Shown here piece after piece: positions 29,408-37,805 of a DNA stretch of 44,294 nucleotides. The stretch is taken from positions 1 to 44,294 of the forward strand of contig JAFZGE010000017.1 in the NCBI GenBank assembly GCA_017555545.1, in the 5' to 3' direction. The position numbers were made by a program, and so were the translations under genes. The notes below the pieces were generated by a model. That model ran no database searches. It saw nothing but the letters and a program-made list of their open reading frames with translations, and was not told the DNA's origin. This DNA is from Alistipes sp. (GTDB lineage: Bacteria; Bacteroidota; Bacteroidia; Bacteroidales; Rikenellaceae). Positions within the stretch are counted from its first letter, which is position 1. Each line of letters opens with the position of its first letter.

Positions 29408-31051
29408 ATGTACACATATTTTATTATAACACTTGCCGTCGTCGTTATTATGTCGGCGGCAAGTTTCTTAGTAGGCCGTCGCAGTCGCCCCATGAATGTC
29501 GACGCAGCAAAGTGTCTAGACCTTGAGGCACAGTTGGCAGATAGCAAGGTGCAGATAGCAAAGGGCGAGGAGCGCCTCGAGGCACTACGCGCCGAGGCCA
29601 CTACCCTACGCTCGGAGCGCGACATCGAGCGCACATCGCGCCAGCACCTCGAGGAGCAGCTAACGACCTTGAAGAGCGAGGCACGCGAGACCCTCGAGAA
29701 GCAGGCGGCATCACTCAAGGAGGTGCACGCCGAGCAGATTGCACACCTTCGCGAGGAGCAGACAAAGCAGACTACATCACTCAAGGAGGTGCACGCCGAG
29801 CAGATTGCACACCTTCGCGAGGAGCAGCAACGCCAGATGGATGAGTTCAAGGCACTAAACAAGAAGCAACTCAACGAGCAGCTTGAGCTTATCCGCGAGC
29901 AGATGCGCACCACCTCTGAGACTGTGCTTAAGGCACGCGAGGAGGAGCTCGGTGAGCGCAACGTGGAGCAGGTATCAAAGATTGTTGACCCATTGCGCCA
30001 GAGCCTTAAGCAGATGCAGGAGGCGCTCAACACAACAAACAAGGAGCACAACGAGACCATGACGCGCCTCGATGCCACCATCCAGGCGAATATGAAGAAT
30101 AGCCGCGACCTCGGTGAGACCGCCGAGCGCCTCACACGTGCCCTTGTGGGTGAGGTTAAGGTGCAGGGTAACTTCGGCGAGCTCAAGCTACGCCAGCTCC
30201 TCGAAGACCTGGGACTCAAGGAGGGCGAGCAGTACTCTACGCAGGAGTCGTTGAAGGATGAGTTCGGGGCAAGCGTCAAAGATGATGAGGATAAGGGTCT
30301 TATCCCCGACTTCGTGCTCCACTTCCCCAACAACCGCGACGTTATCGTGGACTCGAAGGTCAACATCAAGGCATATACCGATTACATAAACACTGGCAAC
30401 GAGAGCGAGGAGGCTGCAAAGTGTAGATCACAGTACTGCGCCGAGCATATCGCCGCGGTGCGCCGTCAGGTCGACTTGCTTGCCAAGAAGGACTACACAA
30501 AATATCTCAAGACGGGCTACTCGAAGCTCAACTTCGTGATTATGTATATGCATAACGAGGGCGCGCTCAACCTCGCGCTGATGAACGACAGCAGCCTCTG
30601 GAAGTATGCCTACGACAAGGGTGTACTCATCCTTGGTCCTCAGACTATGTATATGAACTTGCGCATCTTGGAGCTTATGTGGACACAGAGCCGCCAGCTG
30701 GGCAACCAGAAGAAGATTGTAGAGACTGCCGAGGAGATGATCAAGCGTACTCAGATCTTCGCCGAGCGCTTCAACGAGGTGGAGAAGTTCCTGAAGAAGA
30801 CTACAGATGCAGTAACAGATCTCAAGAAGTCGACGGCGAATGAGAAACAAAGCATCATCACCTCAGCTACGAAGCTCATCAAGCTCGGCCTCAAGGAGGA
30901 TAAGAATCACGTGAAGATCTCATCGTTCTATGTCGAGGAGGATGCCGTGCAGATGATTGGCGAGCTCGATGCCGAGAGCGAGTCTGTAGGTCAAATGGCC
31001 GTCGTACCCGAGGGTGAAGATGAGGCGGTTGAAAAAAAGTATAGAAATTAG
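29408..31051 (+). CDS. rmuC: DNA recombination protein RmuC
   Basis: N-terminal TM, long coiled coil, QGNFGEL.L, and PD...IVDSK nuclease-like motif. Confidence 0.92.
   Translation: MYTYFIITLAVVVIMSAASFLVGRRSRPMNVDAAKCLDLEAQLADSKVQIAKGEERLEALRAEATTLRSERDIERTSRQHLEEQLTTLKSEARETLEKQAASLKEVHAEQIAHLREEQTKQTTSLKEVHAEQIAHLREEQQRQMDEFKALNKKQLNEQLELIREQMRTTSETVLKAREEELGERNVEQVSKIVDPLRQSLKQMQEALNTTNKEHNETMTRLDATIQANMKNSRDLGETAERLTRALVGEVKVQGNFGELKLRQLLEDLGLKEGEQYSTQESLKDEFGASVKDDEDKGLIPDFVLHFPNNRDVIVDSKVNIKAYTDYINTGNESEEAAKCRSQYCAEHIAAVRRQVDLLAKKDYTKYLKTGYSKLNFVIMYMHNEGALNLALMNDSSLWKYAYDKGVLILGPQTMYMNLRILELMWTQSRQLGNQKKIVETAEEMIKRTQIFAERFNEVEKFLKKTTDAVTDLKKSTANEKQSIITSATKLIKLGLKEDKNHVKISSFYVEEDAVQMIGELDAESESVGQMAVVPEGEDEAVEKKYRN
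29709..29827 (+). repeat. In-frame tandem duplication in rmuC (66-bp period)
   Basis: 53 bp identical at 29709-29761 and 29775-29827, encoding SLKEVHAEQIAHLREEQ twice. Confidence 0.95.
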
Positions 31052-31166
31052 TTAAAAATATTTTGATTATATCCTTATATCAGCGTGCAATTTACCGCAC
31101 TATATCGGCGAGCATAGCAACTGCATAACACACTGATAAACAGAGTATAATCAATCAATAAAACTG

Positions 31167-31212
31167 GAGGGGAATATATAGTTTTGCGCGATGCAAAGCA
31201 TATATTTCCCTC
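31167..31212 (+). terminator. Long hairpin, probable terminator downstream of rmuC
   Basis: gaggggaatatat.gttttgc-gcgat-gcaaagc.atatatttccctc followed by a T-rich tract. Confidence 0.6.
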
Positions 31213-31251
31213 TTTATAATTTTTGCTTATGACGCTATAAGTATTTTTAGC

Positions 31252-31282
31252 TTGCAATATTAGATTTCTTGCCATATATTTG
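31252..31282 (+). promoter_or_regulatory. Promoter with no downstream CDS
   Basis: TTG at 31252-31254 and TATATTTG at 31275-31282 with a 20-nt spacer. Confidence 0.6.
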
Positions 31283-31287
31283 CACCA

Positions 31288-31528
31288 GAAACAAATAGAA
31301 ATAACTAAAAATAAGTTAAAAAAGGTTAGAGCGAAAACGAGAATCCCGCTAATAATTAAGAGTTAATGAGAGCCGGATTTTCACCCACCAGGGCGCAAGG
31401 ATAGCACATAAGGCTATTGCCCCGAGGGTTGCAAGTGATATGAGATTTTATGGTGTAAAAAGTTAATAATTGTTTGTGTCCATTGTGTGAGGGCCGTCTG
31501 CTGTGACAGTAAGACGGCCCAATTTTTT
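31288..31528 (+). ncRNA. Candidate stand-alone small RNA (~240 nt)
   Basis: Bounded by a promoter and a terminator (gggccgtct...agacggccc-aatttttt). It has an internal multi-stem and only 8-12-codon ATG ORFs. Confidence 0.5.
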
Positions 31529-31540
31529 ATTCCTTCCAAC

Positions 31541-31571
31541 AAAAAAAGGACTGCCCAAAAAGGACAGTCCT
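31541..31571 (-). terminator. Intrinsic terminator after ridA
   Basis: Minus strand reads aggactgtcc-ttttt-gggcagtcct followed by a T run. Confidence 0.8.
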
Positions 31572-31594
31572 CAGTTTTGCAGTATCGCTCTAAA

Positions 31595-31969
31595 TTACTT
31601 GATAGCGATAGCGTCGATCTCAACACGTGCGCCCATAGGCAATGCTGCAACCTGGTAGCAGATACGTGCGGGCTTGTCGCCTGTGAAGAACTCAGCGTAG
31701 ATAGCGTTCATTGCTGCGAAATCAGCGATGTCAGCCAACAATACTGTAGTCTTTGCTACGTTATCAAATGTGTAACCAGCCTCCTCGAGGATGTAACCGA
31801 GGTTTGTGAGAGCCTGACGTGTCTGAGCCTCTACGCCCTCTGCCATAACGCCTGTTGCGCCGTCGATGGGCAACTGACCAGAGATATAGAGTGTTGCGTC
31901 GTGTGCGATAGCCTGTGAGTAGGGACCTACAGCCTTAGGAGCCTTAGGTGAAGCGATAACTTTTTTCAT
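31595..31969 (-). CDS. ridA: RidA family enamine/imine deaminase
   Basis: AP.AVGPYSQA, YISGQLP, F.AMNAIY..FF, PAR and LP.GARVEIDAIA. Confidence 0.93.
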   Translation of the reverse strand: MKKVIASPKAPKAVGPYSQAIAHDATLYISGQLPIDGATGVMAEGVEAQTRQALTNLGYILEEAGYTFDNVAKTTVLLADIADFAAMNAIYAEFFTGDKPARICYQVAALPMGARVEIDAIAIK

Positions 31970-31998
31970 TGTCTTTATAAGTTTTAGTTGTTTTGTAT

Positions 31999-32017
31999 TA
32001 TCTTTGTTGCAAAGATA
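31999..32017. promoter_or_regulatory. Overlapping face-to-face -7 boxes for META (+) and ridA (-)
   Basis: Palindrome TATCTTTG-ttg-CAAAGATA. Confidence 0.6.
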
Positions 32018-32038
32018 ACGATAATTTGGAATAATGTT

Positions 32039-32470
32039 ATGAAACGCACGATTTTATTTTCATTCGCACTACTCTTTTCACTCATCCTCGCTGTGGGCTG
32101 TTGCGACTGTCGCAAGCGCAGCAAGCTGGAGAAACCGCTGCTCGGTACCACATGGCAGCTCATCCAGCTTATGGGTCAGGAGGTAGTTGCAAAGGGTGAT
32201 ACCTATACCATCTGCTTCAGCGAGAATGGCACTGCAGCAGGTGCAGGTGACTGCAATCGCTTTACTGCGACATATAGTGTTGATAAGACCCGCGCACTCG
32301 ACATCGCAAACCTCGGTTCAACACGCCGCTACTGCGAGAATCACGCTATGGAGAGCGCCTACTACGATATGCTCGAGGGTGTCACACACTACGAGATGGA
32401 TGGCGACAACATGATTCTATTGCGCAACGGCACGCTTGTAGGCATTATGAACGCCGTAGAGCTGCAATAG
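32039..32470 (+). CDS. META domain lipoprotein (HslJ-like)
   Basis: Lipobox AVGC, L.GT.WQL, G.GDCNRF.A.Y and STRRYC. ATG 32039 is preferred. Confidence 0.88.
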   Translation: MKRTILFSFALLFSLILAVGCCDCRKRSKLEKPLLGTTWQLIQLMGQEVVAKGDTYTICFSENGTAAGAGDCNRFTATYSVDKTRALDIANLGSTRRYCENHAMESAYYDMLEGVTHYEMDGDNMILLRNGTLVGIMNAVELQ

Positions 32471-32493
32471 GCATAATATCAACCACAAAAGTT

Positions 32494-32520
32494 AAGGGGC
32501 ATCCGTTTGGATGCCCCTTG
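32494..32520. terminator. Bidirectional terminator
   Basis: aaggggcatcc-gttt-ggatgcccctt between convergent genes. Confidence 0.85.
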
Positions 32521-32543
32521 TTTTGTTGTTGTGAATATTTAGA

Positions 32544-34589
32544 CTACAACCAACCACCGCGATCGTTGTTCTCGCGGGCGATGATGAGATACTCCTTCTC
32601 TACAATCTTACCACTCATATCGGGGACATACTCATCCTTCGGACAACCAGCATAATAACGCAGTTTTATCTTGCCGATGCCTGGTTTTCGGCAGACGAAG
32701 TAGACCTCGTGCTCTCCAAAGCGATTAACCTTATCTATGCCGAGGCGCTTCTGAGTCTCTTTGTCTATCTCAAAGTCAAGAATCTTAATGCCGAGTTTGC
32801 CATCGCTGATGGTCTCGTTGATGTTGATATAGGTGGATGTATTGAGTGATGCAGCTACTCTCTTTAAGCCGTGCATGCCCGATACTGCGTAGAGCGCATC
32901 CACCATGCCGATGCCCATCTTACCACGATAGTCATCCAACACTATCTGCGACACCTTGCCCCTATAGGTATAGACCGTTTTAGAGCCGTAAAGGCGATGG
33001 TCAATATCACTTACCGACGAGCAGATTATATCGTAGAGGTCGTCGTTCGTGAGGCGTATGCCGTGGTCTACGGCCGAGGATAGTGCCAACGCTGCAACGC
33101 CCGAGACATATGGGCACGCCATAGATGTTCCTGTCATATAGGCATAGTCTGAGCCATAGGTGGTCTTTCCATTATTGTAAACATCGGGGGTCTCGCTTGG
33201 TACGGTGGAGAGTATCGCGCCATTAGGGTTTAACACGCCATCGACATACTCAAAGTCGCCACCTGGGGCTGCGATGTTGCAACCGTAGTGGTAGTTTGTA
33301 TATCCCGTAGGCAGACCATCGGGGGCATAGGCTGATACCGATATAAATTGGTTATAGGCACCTGGGTAGCATGTATAGTTAAGACCCTCGTTACCCGCAG
33401 CAAATATTGCCACACCGCCATCCATCACCTCATTGTCGCTACACTCAACAAAATACTTAATGGCCTCAATCAACGCCTTACCCGTATTCTTCTCATATCC
33501 CGAGTCGCTAATCCACGAAAGTGGCTGACCCCACGAGCATTGCAGTATCGCAGCGCCCATATCTGCGGCATACTCGATACCTGCAGCAATTCTGGTATTG
33601 TCTGCTCCAAGACTCTCCTGAAATATCTGCACAGACATTATGCGCACGCCGTCGCCATTGCCCGAGCCTCCTGCGATGCTCGAGATACCCTCGCCATTGT
33701 TGTTTACCGCAGCAATGATGCCCGCAACATGAGTTCCGTGACCCACATCACCAGTATAGTTGCCCTCGGAGTCATATCTGCGATTATTCCACGATATATT
33801 GCCATTAAGCTCAATGGTGTTTACGCCATAGATGTCATCAATATAGCCATTGCCATCATCATCGACACCCTCAACACCATTCAACTCTGCTGTATTAGTC
33901 CACATATTGGCTGCAAGGTCGGGATGAGTGTATTTAACACCCTCGTCAACAACCGCAACTACGACCTTTGGATTTCCCGTAGCATATTTCCACGCCTCAT
34001 ATGCGTTGATATCCGCCCCCGCATAGGCGGTGCTAAATATCTCGCTACTACCCTCGTTGTGCAATCCCCATTGCAGAGGGAGCATAGGGTCGTTGAAAGG
34101 CTCACTATCCGAGCGCGTTACTGGCAGGCTCTCCACAGGCACAACATTTACCTCGGGGCGTACAAATTCCATTGCATACTCCACGCGCTCCACCTCCTTC
34201 ATCGCAGCATAACGCTGGGCAACGCTCTCCACGGGAGTATCCTCCGCAAACTCAATGACAAACCAACGGTGCATACCTCGCTCACGCTTCTTGTCGGCAT
34301 TTATAGCCATATTAAAGACGGGGCGAACACTCTCCACGCCCAACTCCGCGGCCACTGCATCCATTGCAACAACACCCGCGCGCGTGGGCGATGAGGCGTT
34401 GTGCCACGCATTGGCAGTAGCATCATCGACATAGATAATCAACTCTCCGCTTAGCGCCCCATCGGCGTTTCCAATGATTTTATTTGCGGGTTTGGTCGTG
34501 GGCGTTGGCTCAAACTTGGGGTCTTTGACGCACGACACCACCAACGCGCCACACAACACGGCGAATACTATATTATGAAATGTTCTCAT
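32544..34589 (-). CDS. S8 family (subtilisin-like) serine peptidase, lipoprotein
   Basis: Lipobox VVSC, an N-terminal prodomain, catalytic VAVVDEG, GHGTHVAG and GTSMACP, and oxyanion FAAGN. Start moved to ATG 34589. Confidence 0.94.
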   Translation of the reverse strand: MRTFHNIVFAVLCGALVVSCVKDPKFEPTPTTKPANKIIGNADGALSGELIIYVDDATANAWHNASSPTRAGVVAMDAVAAELGVESVRPVFNMAINADKKRERGMHRWFVIEFAEDTPVESVAQRYAAMKEVERVEYAMEFVRPEVNVVPVESLPVTRSDSEPFNDPMLPLQWGLHNEGSSEIFSTAYAGADINAYEAWKYATGNPKVVVAVVDEGVKYTHPDLAANMWTNTAELNGVEGVDDDGNGYIDDIYGVNTIELNGNISWNNRRYDSEGNYTGDVGHGTHVAGIIAAVNNNGEGISSIAGGSGNGDGVRIMSVQIFQESLGADNTRIAAGIEYAADMGAAILQCSWGQPLSWISDSGYEKNTGKALIEAIKYFVECSDNEVMDGGVAIFAAGNEGLNYTCYPGAYNQFISVSAYAPDGLPTGYTNYHYGCNIAAPGGDFEYVDGVLNPNGAILSTVPSETPDVYNNGKTTYGSDYAYMTGTSMACPYVSGVAALALSSAVDHGIRLTNDDLYDIICSSVSDIDHRLYGSKTVYTYRGKVSQIVLDDYRGKMGIGMVDALYAVSGMHGLKRVAASLNTSTYININETISDGKLGIKILDFEIDKETQKRLGIDKVNRFGEHEVYFVCRKPGIGKIKLRYYAGCPKDEYVPDMSGKIVEKEYLIIARENNDRGGWL

Positions 34590-34602
34590 AGACACAGATT
34601 TT

Positions 34603-36378
34603 TTACAGTGCATTTAGACACATTGCCTCGGGCGCTGGCTCCGCAGTTGGAGAGGCATTATAACCACCTTCGTAGTAGGCGAGCGCCTGGTCGTATATCT
34701 CGGCAAGGCGTGCCACATCCTCCGTAGAGGTAAGCACATTGTCGCGCGTAAAGAGATACTCCTCGGGGGATGCATAGAAGTCTACATCGCCATCCTCATC
34801 CATAACCAAAGCGTAGAGGCGACCTTTATGGTTATACTTAACCCAGAAATAGAAGTGGTTATAGGAGTAAGACTCGTGATTTCGGAGCATATCAATAATC
34901 TGCTCATCGCTCTTACCCCATGTTTCATCCTCAAAGAGGAATGTAGCGTATATCATGCGAGGCTCCTGGCTAAGGCTAACCGCGACACCTACGGCGCAAT
35001 AGTCATATAATTCATAGGACAGGTCGTAGCAATCGGCATACTTCACGGGGTCGTAGCGGTATAACGCAGTGGCATTGAACGGACCACATATCTCGACGCC
35101 CTCAATCTTGCAATCGGGCTCACGCTCTGGCTCAGTCCTGAACGGAATAGTTGTCATCTCGGATGTAGCAACCTCACCGTGGCAACCAAGACATACAACA
35201 TAATAGTCGGTGTCGGGTATAAGAGTGTAGTCCTCATAATTCGCATTGCCAAATCTGACATCATCATTCTTTACACACTGGTCAGCAATGCGTTGCTTTA
35301 ATAACTCCTTATCCCAGTCATTATACTCCGCTACAGGCATCACAACAGAGCAATATCCCTCCATATCGCTTGATGGCGTAACACCATATACCACTCTACG
35401 ACTATTAACCTCGCCAATCTCCACATCGAATGTTATATCAGAATCTTCGTAGATCGATGTGGTGAAGTATGTTGTATGCGGATATGAGACTAGCTGCACT
35501 ACACCATCTAAAACATCCATAGCATATATCACCAAGCAGTATTCGGTGTTTGCCTTAAGCTGAATACGCTTATCCTCAACATCGCCAGTAAGAGTGTTTG
35601 CCCTTAATAAAGCCTCAAGACCCTCTAAATCATTATAATTTATATAGCGTATAAATTCAAAGTGCCACAGTTGTTCGTAGTGATCAAACTGCTCGTCGGG
35701 AGTATATTTATCAATATCGTAGAACTCGTATGTGTCGTAGCCAATCTTACGCTCATAGAACGTATAGTAGTAGATACCATCCCAACCTTGTGGTTTAACA
35801 TCGAGCAAAATATCCGAGCCCATAACAGGATCTAAGGTTACATTTGTCTCGAACGACACATCCTTATTGAGTGCCGTACCCGTAGTCACAGCCTCATAAT
35901 AGACAGGCGTTGTTGCTCTAAAGTCGATTCTGTTGCCATTGGAGTAAGGCTCGAAACCAAGCACCACAATGCAATGTTGCGCGCCAGGCTGCAACATATT
36001 GCGCTCAAGTTCTATTCTACCCTTGCCACCAACATTACACTGCGTAATGAACTCTATGATATCAAGGTCATTATCACATGCATATTCAAGATATGGTTTT
36101 ACGCCAATATTCGTTAATGTAATATTTGGATCAGAAAATAAGTACTCAACCACATCCTCAATGCTATCCGATATTTGACATACTTGCGCCACATATATCA
36201 TATCCTTATCCTTGGGCGTGATGGTCGCCTTGACAGTTCCCGTGGTCACCTCCGTCACATCGATTACGAAGTCATCGCCCCTCTTGTTGGGCTGCTCCAC
36301 TCCAGGCTTATCCGTATTACACGACGCTGCAACACTCGCTATAATCAATGCCACCAGACCAAACAATACTCTTCTCAT
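34603..36378 (-). CDS. Hypothetical acidic lipoprotein with repeated beta-sandwich-like modules
   Basis: Lipobox AASC and repeated pattern F.(I/V).(V/I)..V.......(I/V)TP......Y and L.(P/A).T.Y..(V/I). ATG 36378 is preferred because the -7 box is at 36407-36414. Confidence 0.75.
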   Translation of the reverse strand: MRRVLFGLVALIIASVAASCNTDKPGVEQPNKRGDDFVIDVTEVTTGTVKATITPKDKDMIYVAQVCQISDSIEDVVEYLFSDPNITLTNIGVKPYLEYACDNDLDIIEFITQCNVGGKGRIELERNMLQPGAQHCIVVLGFEPYSNGNRIDFRATTPVYYEAVTTGTALNKDVSFETNVTLDPVMGSDILLDVKPQGWDGIYYYTFYERKIGYDTYEFYDIDKYTPDEQFDHYEQLWHFEFIRYINYNDLEGLEALLRANTLTGDVEDKRIQLKANTEYCLVIYAMDVLDGVVQLVSYPHTTYFTTSIYEDSDITFDVEIGEVNSRRVVYGVTPSSDMEGYCSVVMPVAEYNDWDKELLKQRIADQCVKNDDVRFGNANYEDYTLIPDTDYYVVCLGCHGEVATSEMTTIPFRTEPEREPDCKIEGVEICGPFNATALYRYDPVKYADCYDLSYELYDYCAVGVAVSLSQEPRMIYATFLFEDETWGKSDEQIIDMLRNHESYSYNHFYFWVKYNHKGRLYALVMDEDGDVDFYASPEEYLFTRDNVLTSTEDVARLAEIYDQALAYYEGGYNASPTAEPAPEAMCLNAL

Positions 36379-36406
36379 AACTATATATTTATTATATTTC
36401 ACTTCA

Positions 36407-36437
36407 CAAATTTACCCCCCCCCATCAAATTTCCAAA
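36407..36437 (-). promoter_or_regulatory. Promoter with a G9 homopolymer in the -33/-7 spacer
   Basis: Minus strand has TTTG (36434-36437), a 19-nt spacer containing G9 (36415-36423), then TAAATTTG (36407-36414). Confidence 0.6.
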
Positions 36438-36517
36438 CTTTTTGTTAAGAAATTGACGGTAGGGGGTAATATTTCTGCATATTACATTAATATGCAAGGA
36501 TACAACTATCTCTTTGC

Positions 36518-37594
36518 CTACTTCGTTAGGCGGTGGTAGTGGCAGAGGAGAAGATTCTCGTCGTCATCGTAGAGGTGCATGCCGTTGCCCTCGCAGTATT
36601 GCCACATCTTACAGTCGGCGCACTTGCCCTTCTTCGCCCATGAGCGGTTGCGGAACTTCTCGAAGCGGTTTTGCCACACATCCCAGAAGTTATCCTTATA
36701 TATATTACCTTGCGTGAAGTTGGCACGCACGCTGGTACAGCCCGAGATATCGCCATTGACACGGATAGAGGCGGTACCCACACCTGCGTAGCACTCGAAT
36801 GGGTTGGTGCGCACACGCAACTCATAGCCTGCGAGGAAGCCCTCACAGCCGTATGCTGCCTTCACGCGACCCTCCTTGCGGCACTTCTCGATGAACTGCA
36901 TAAGGTAGGTGAACTCCTCGTTGTTTAGCTGCAGCGTGGGGTCTGTTGCGGCACGACCAACAGGGAAGATGGTGAACAATCGCCAGCGACGTACGCCGAG
37001 TGAGTAGAGGAACTCTTTGAACTCCTCAAGGCGTGGTAGAAGGGCTGGAGTCACGCATGTCACAACATCTGATGCAAGTTCCTTATCTGCCGAAATCATG
37101 CGCACAGCCTCCACGGCGCGTGCAAAGCTATCCTTATTCTGGCGGATATGGTAGTGGTGCTCCTCGAAGCCATCAAGCGAGACGGTGATAGAGTGCAAGC
37201 CCGCACGGATGAGCGAGTCGAGCCTCTGACGCGAGAGCGCCATGCCGTTAGTCACCATGCCCCAAGGGTAGCCACGGCGATATAGGTTGATGCCTATCTC
37301 CTCGAGATCCTTGCGCACGAGCACCTCGCCACCCGAGAGGATAATTAAAACCTTATGTGGGTCGACATTGGGCGTAATCTCGTTGTCCAACACGCGGAAG
37401 AAATCCTTTGCGGGCATGTCGGTGAGCGTGGTGTCCACCTTGCAGTCACTACCGCAGTGGCGGCACTGCAGGTTACAGCGAAGGGTACACTCCCAGAACA
37501 GAGTATTTAAGATGTGCTCGTCACGGCGTATCTGGCGTAGTTTTTTGAATAGCTTCAACGCCATCCACTGGCGTAGTCCAAGTCGTTTTCCCAT
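36518..37594 (-). CDS. Radical SAM/SPASM enzyme A, rSAM/lipoprotein-system type (TIGR04133-like)
   Basis: FWECTLRCNLQCRHCGS, SGGE, VTNG, SLDG, and SPASM CYAG...GDISGC...GNI...CADCKMWQYC. It sits next to TIGR04134-like lipoproteins. Confidence 0.88.
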   Translation of the reverse strand: MGKRLGLRQWMALKLFKKLRQIRRDEHILNTLFWECTLRCNLQCRHCGSDCKVDTTLTDMPAKDFFRVLDNEITPNVDPHKVLIILSGGEVLVRKDLEEIGINLYRRGYPWGMVTNGMALSRQRLDSLIRAGLHSITVSLDGFEEHHYHIRQNKDSFARAVEAVRMISADKELASDVVTCVTPALLPRLEEFKEFLYSLGVRRWRLFTIFPVGRAATDPTLQLNNEEFTYLMQFIEKCRKEGRVKAAYGCEGFLAGYELRVRTNPFECYAGVGTASIRVNGDISGCTSVRANFTQGNIYKDNFWDVWQNRFEKFRNRSWAKKGKCADCKMWQYCEGNGMHLYDDDENLLLCHYHRLTK

Positions 37595-37600
37595 AGTATC

Positions 37601-37786
37601 TTATTCGTTTTGTATTTCGTTGTTAACCTCCTCTGCGAGTGCCTCCTCAGCTGGCGCTTTCTCGCTATACTCCTCATGTAGGGGTGCATAGGCAGGTGCG
37701 GGGTATATCTGCTGGTCGCCCTCGGGCTCGCAACTTACGAATGTATAGCCTAACGCTACTAATCCAAAGAGTATCAATCGTTTCAT
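37601..37786 (-). CDS. 61-aa lipopeptide, candidate rSAM substrate
   Basis: MKRLILFGLVALGYTFVSC signal/lipobox, IYPAPAYAPL motif and an acidic tail. It fills the gap between the two rSAM genes (19- and 6-nt spacers). Confidence 0.8.
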   Translation of the reverse strand: MKRLILFGLVALGYTFVSCEPEGDQQIYPAPAYAPLHEEYSEKAPAEEALAEEVNNEIQNE

Positions 37787-37805
37787 AGTTCGTATCGTTT
37801 AAGGT

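Noticed and set aside
29242-30369. 375-aa antisense ORF over rlmD/rmuC
   Set aside because: It is a shadow of the coiled-coil coding strand, Ser/Cys/Arg-rich, with no recognisable motifs.
31075-31650. Small minus-strand ORFs 31075-31275 and 31414-31650, and plus-strand 31487-31918
   Set aside because: They run through promoter and terminator hairpins or overlap ridA, and have no coding-like composition.
33348-34394. 348-aa plus-strand ORF inside the S8 peptidase gene
   Set aside because: It is fully antisense to a well-supported gene and has no protein-like features.
36408-36474. Invertible promoter flanked by inverted repeats
   Set aside because: The arms are imperfect and overlap the promoter boxes, the loop is only about 12 nt, and no recombinase is in the window. 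An RNA hairpin explains it better.
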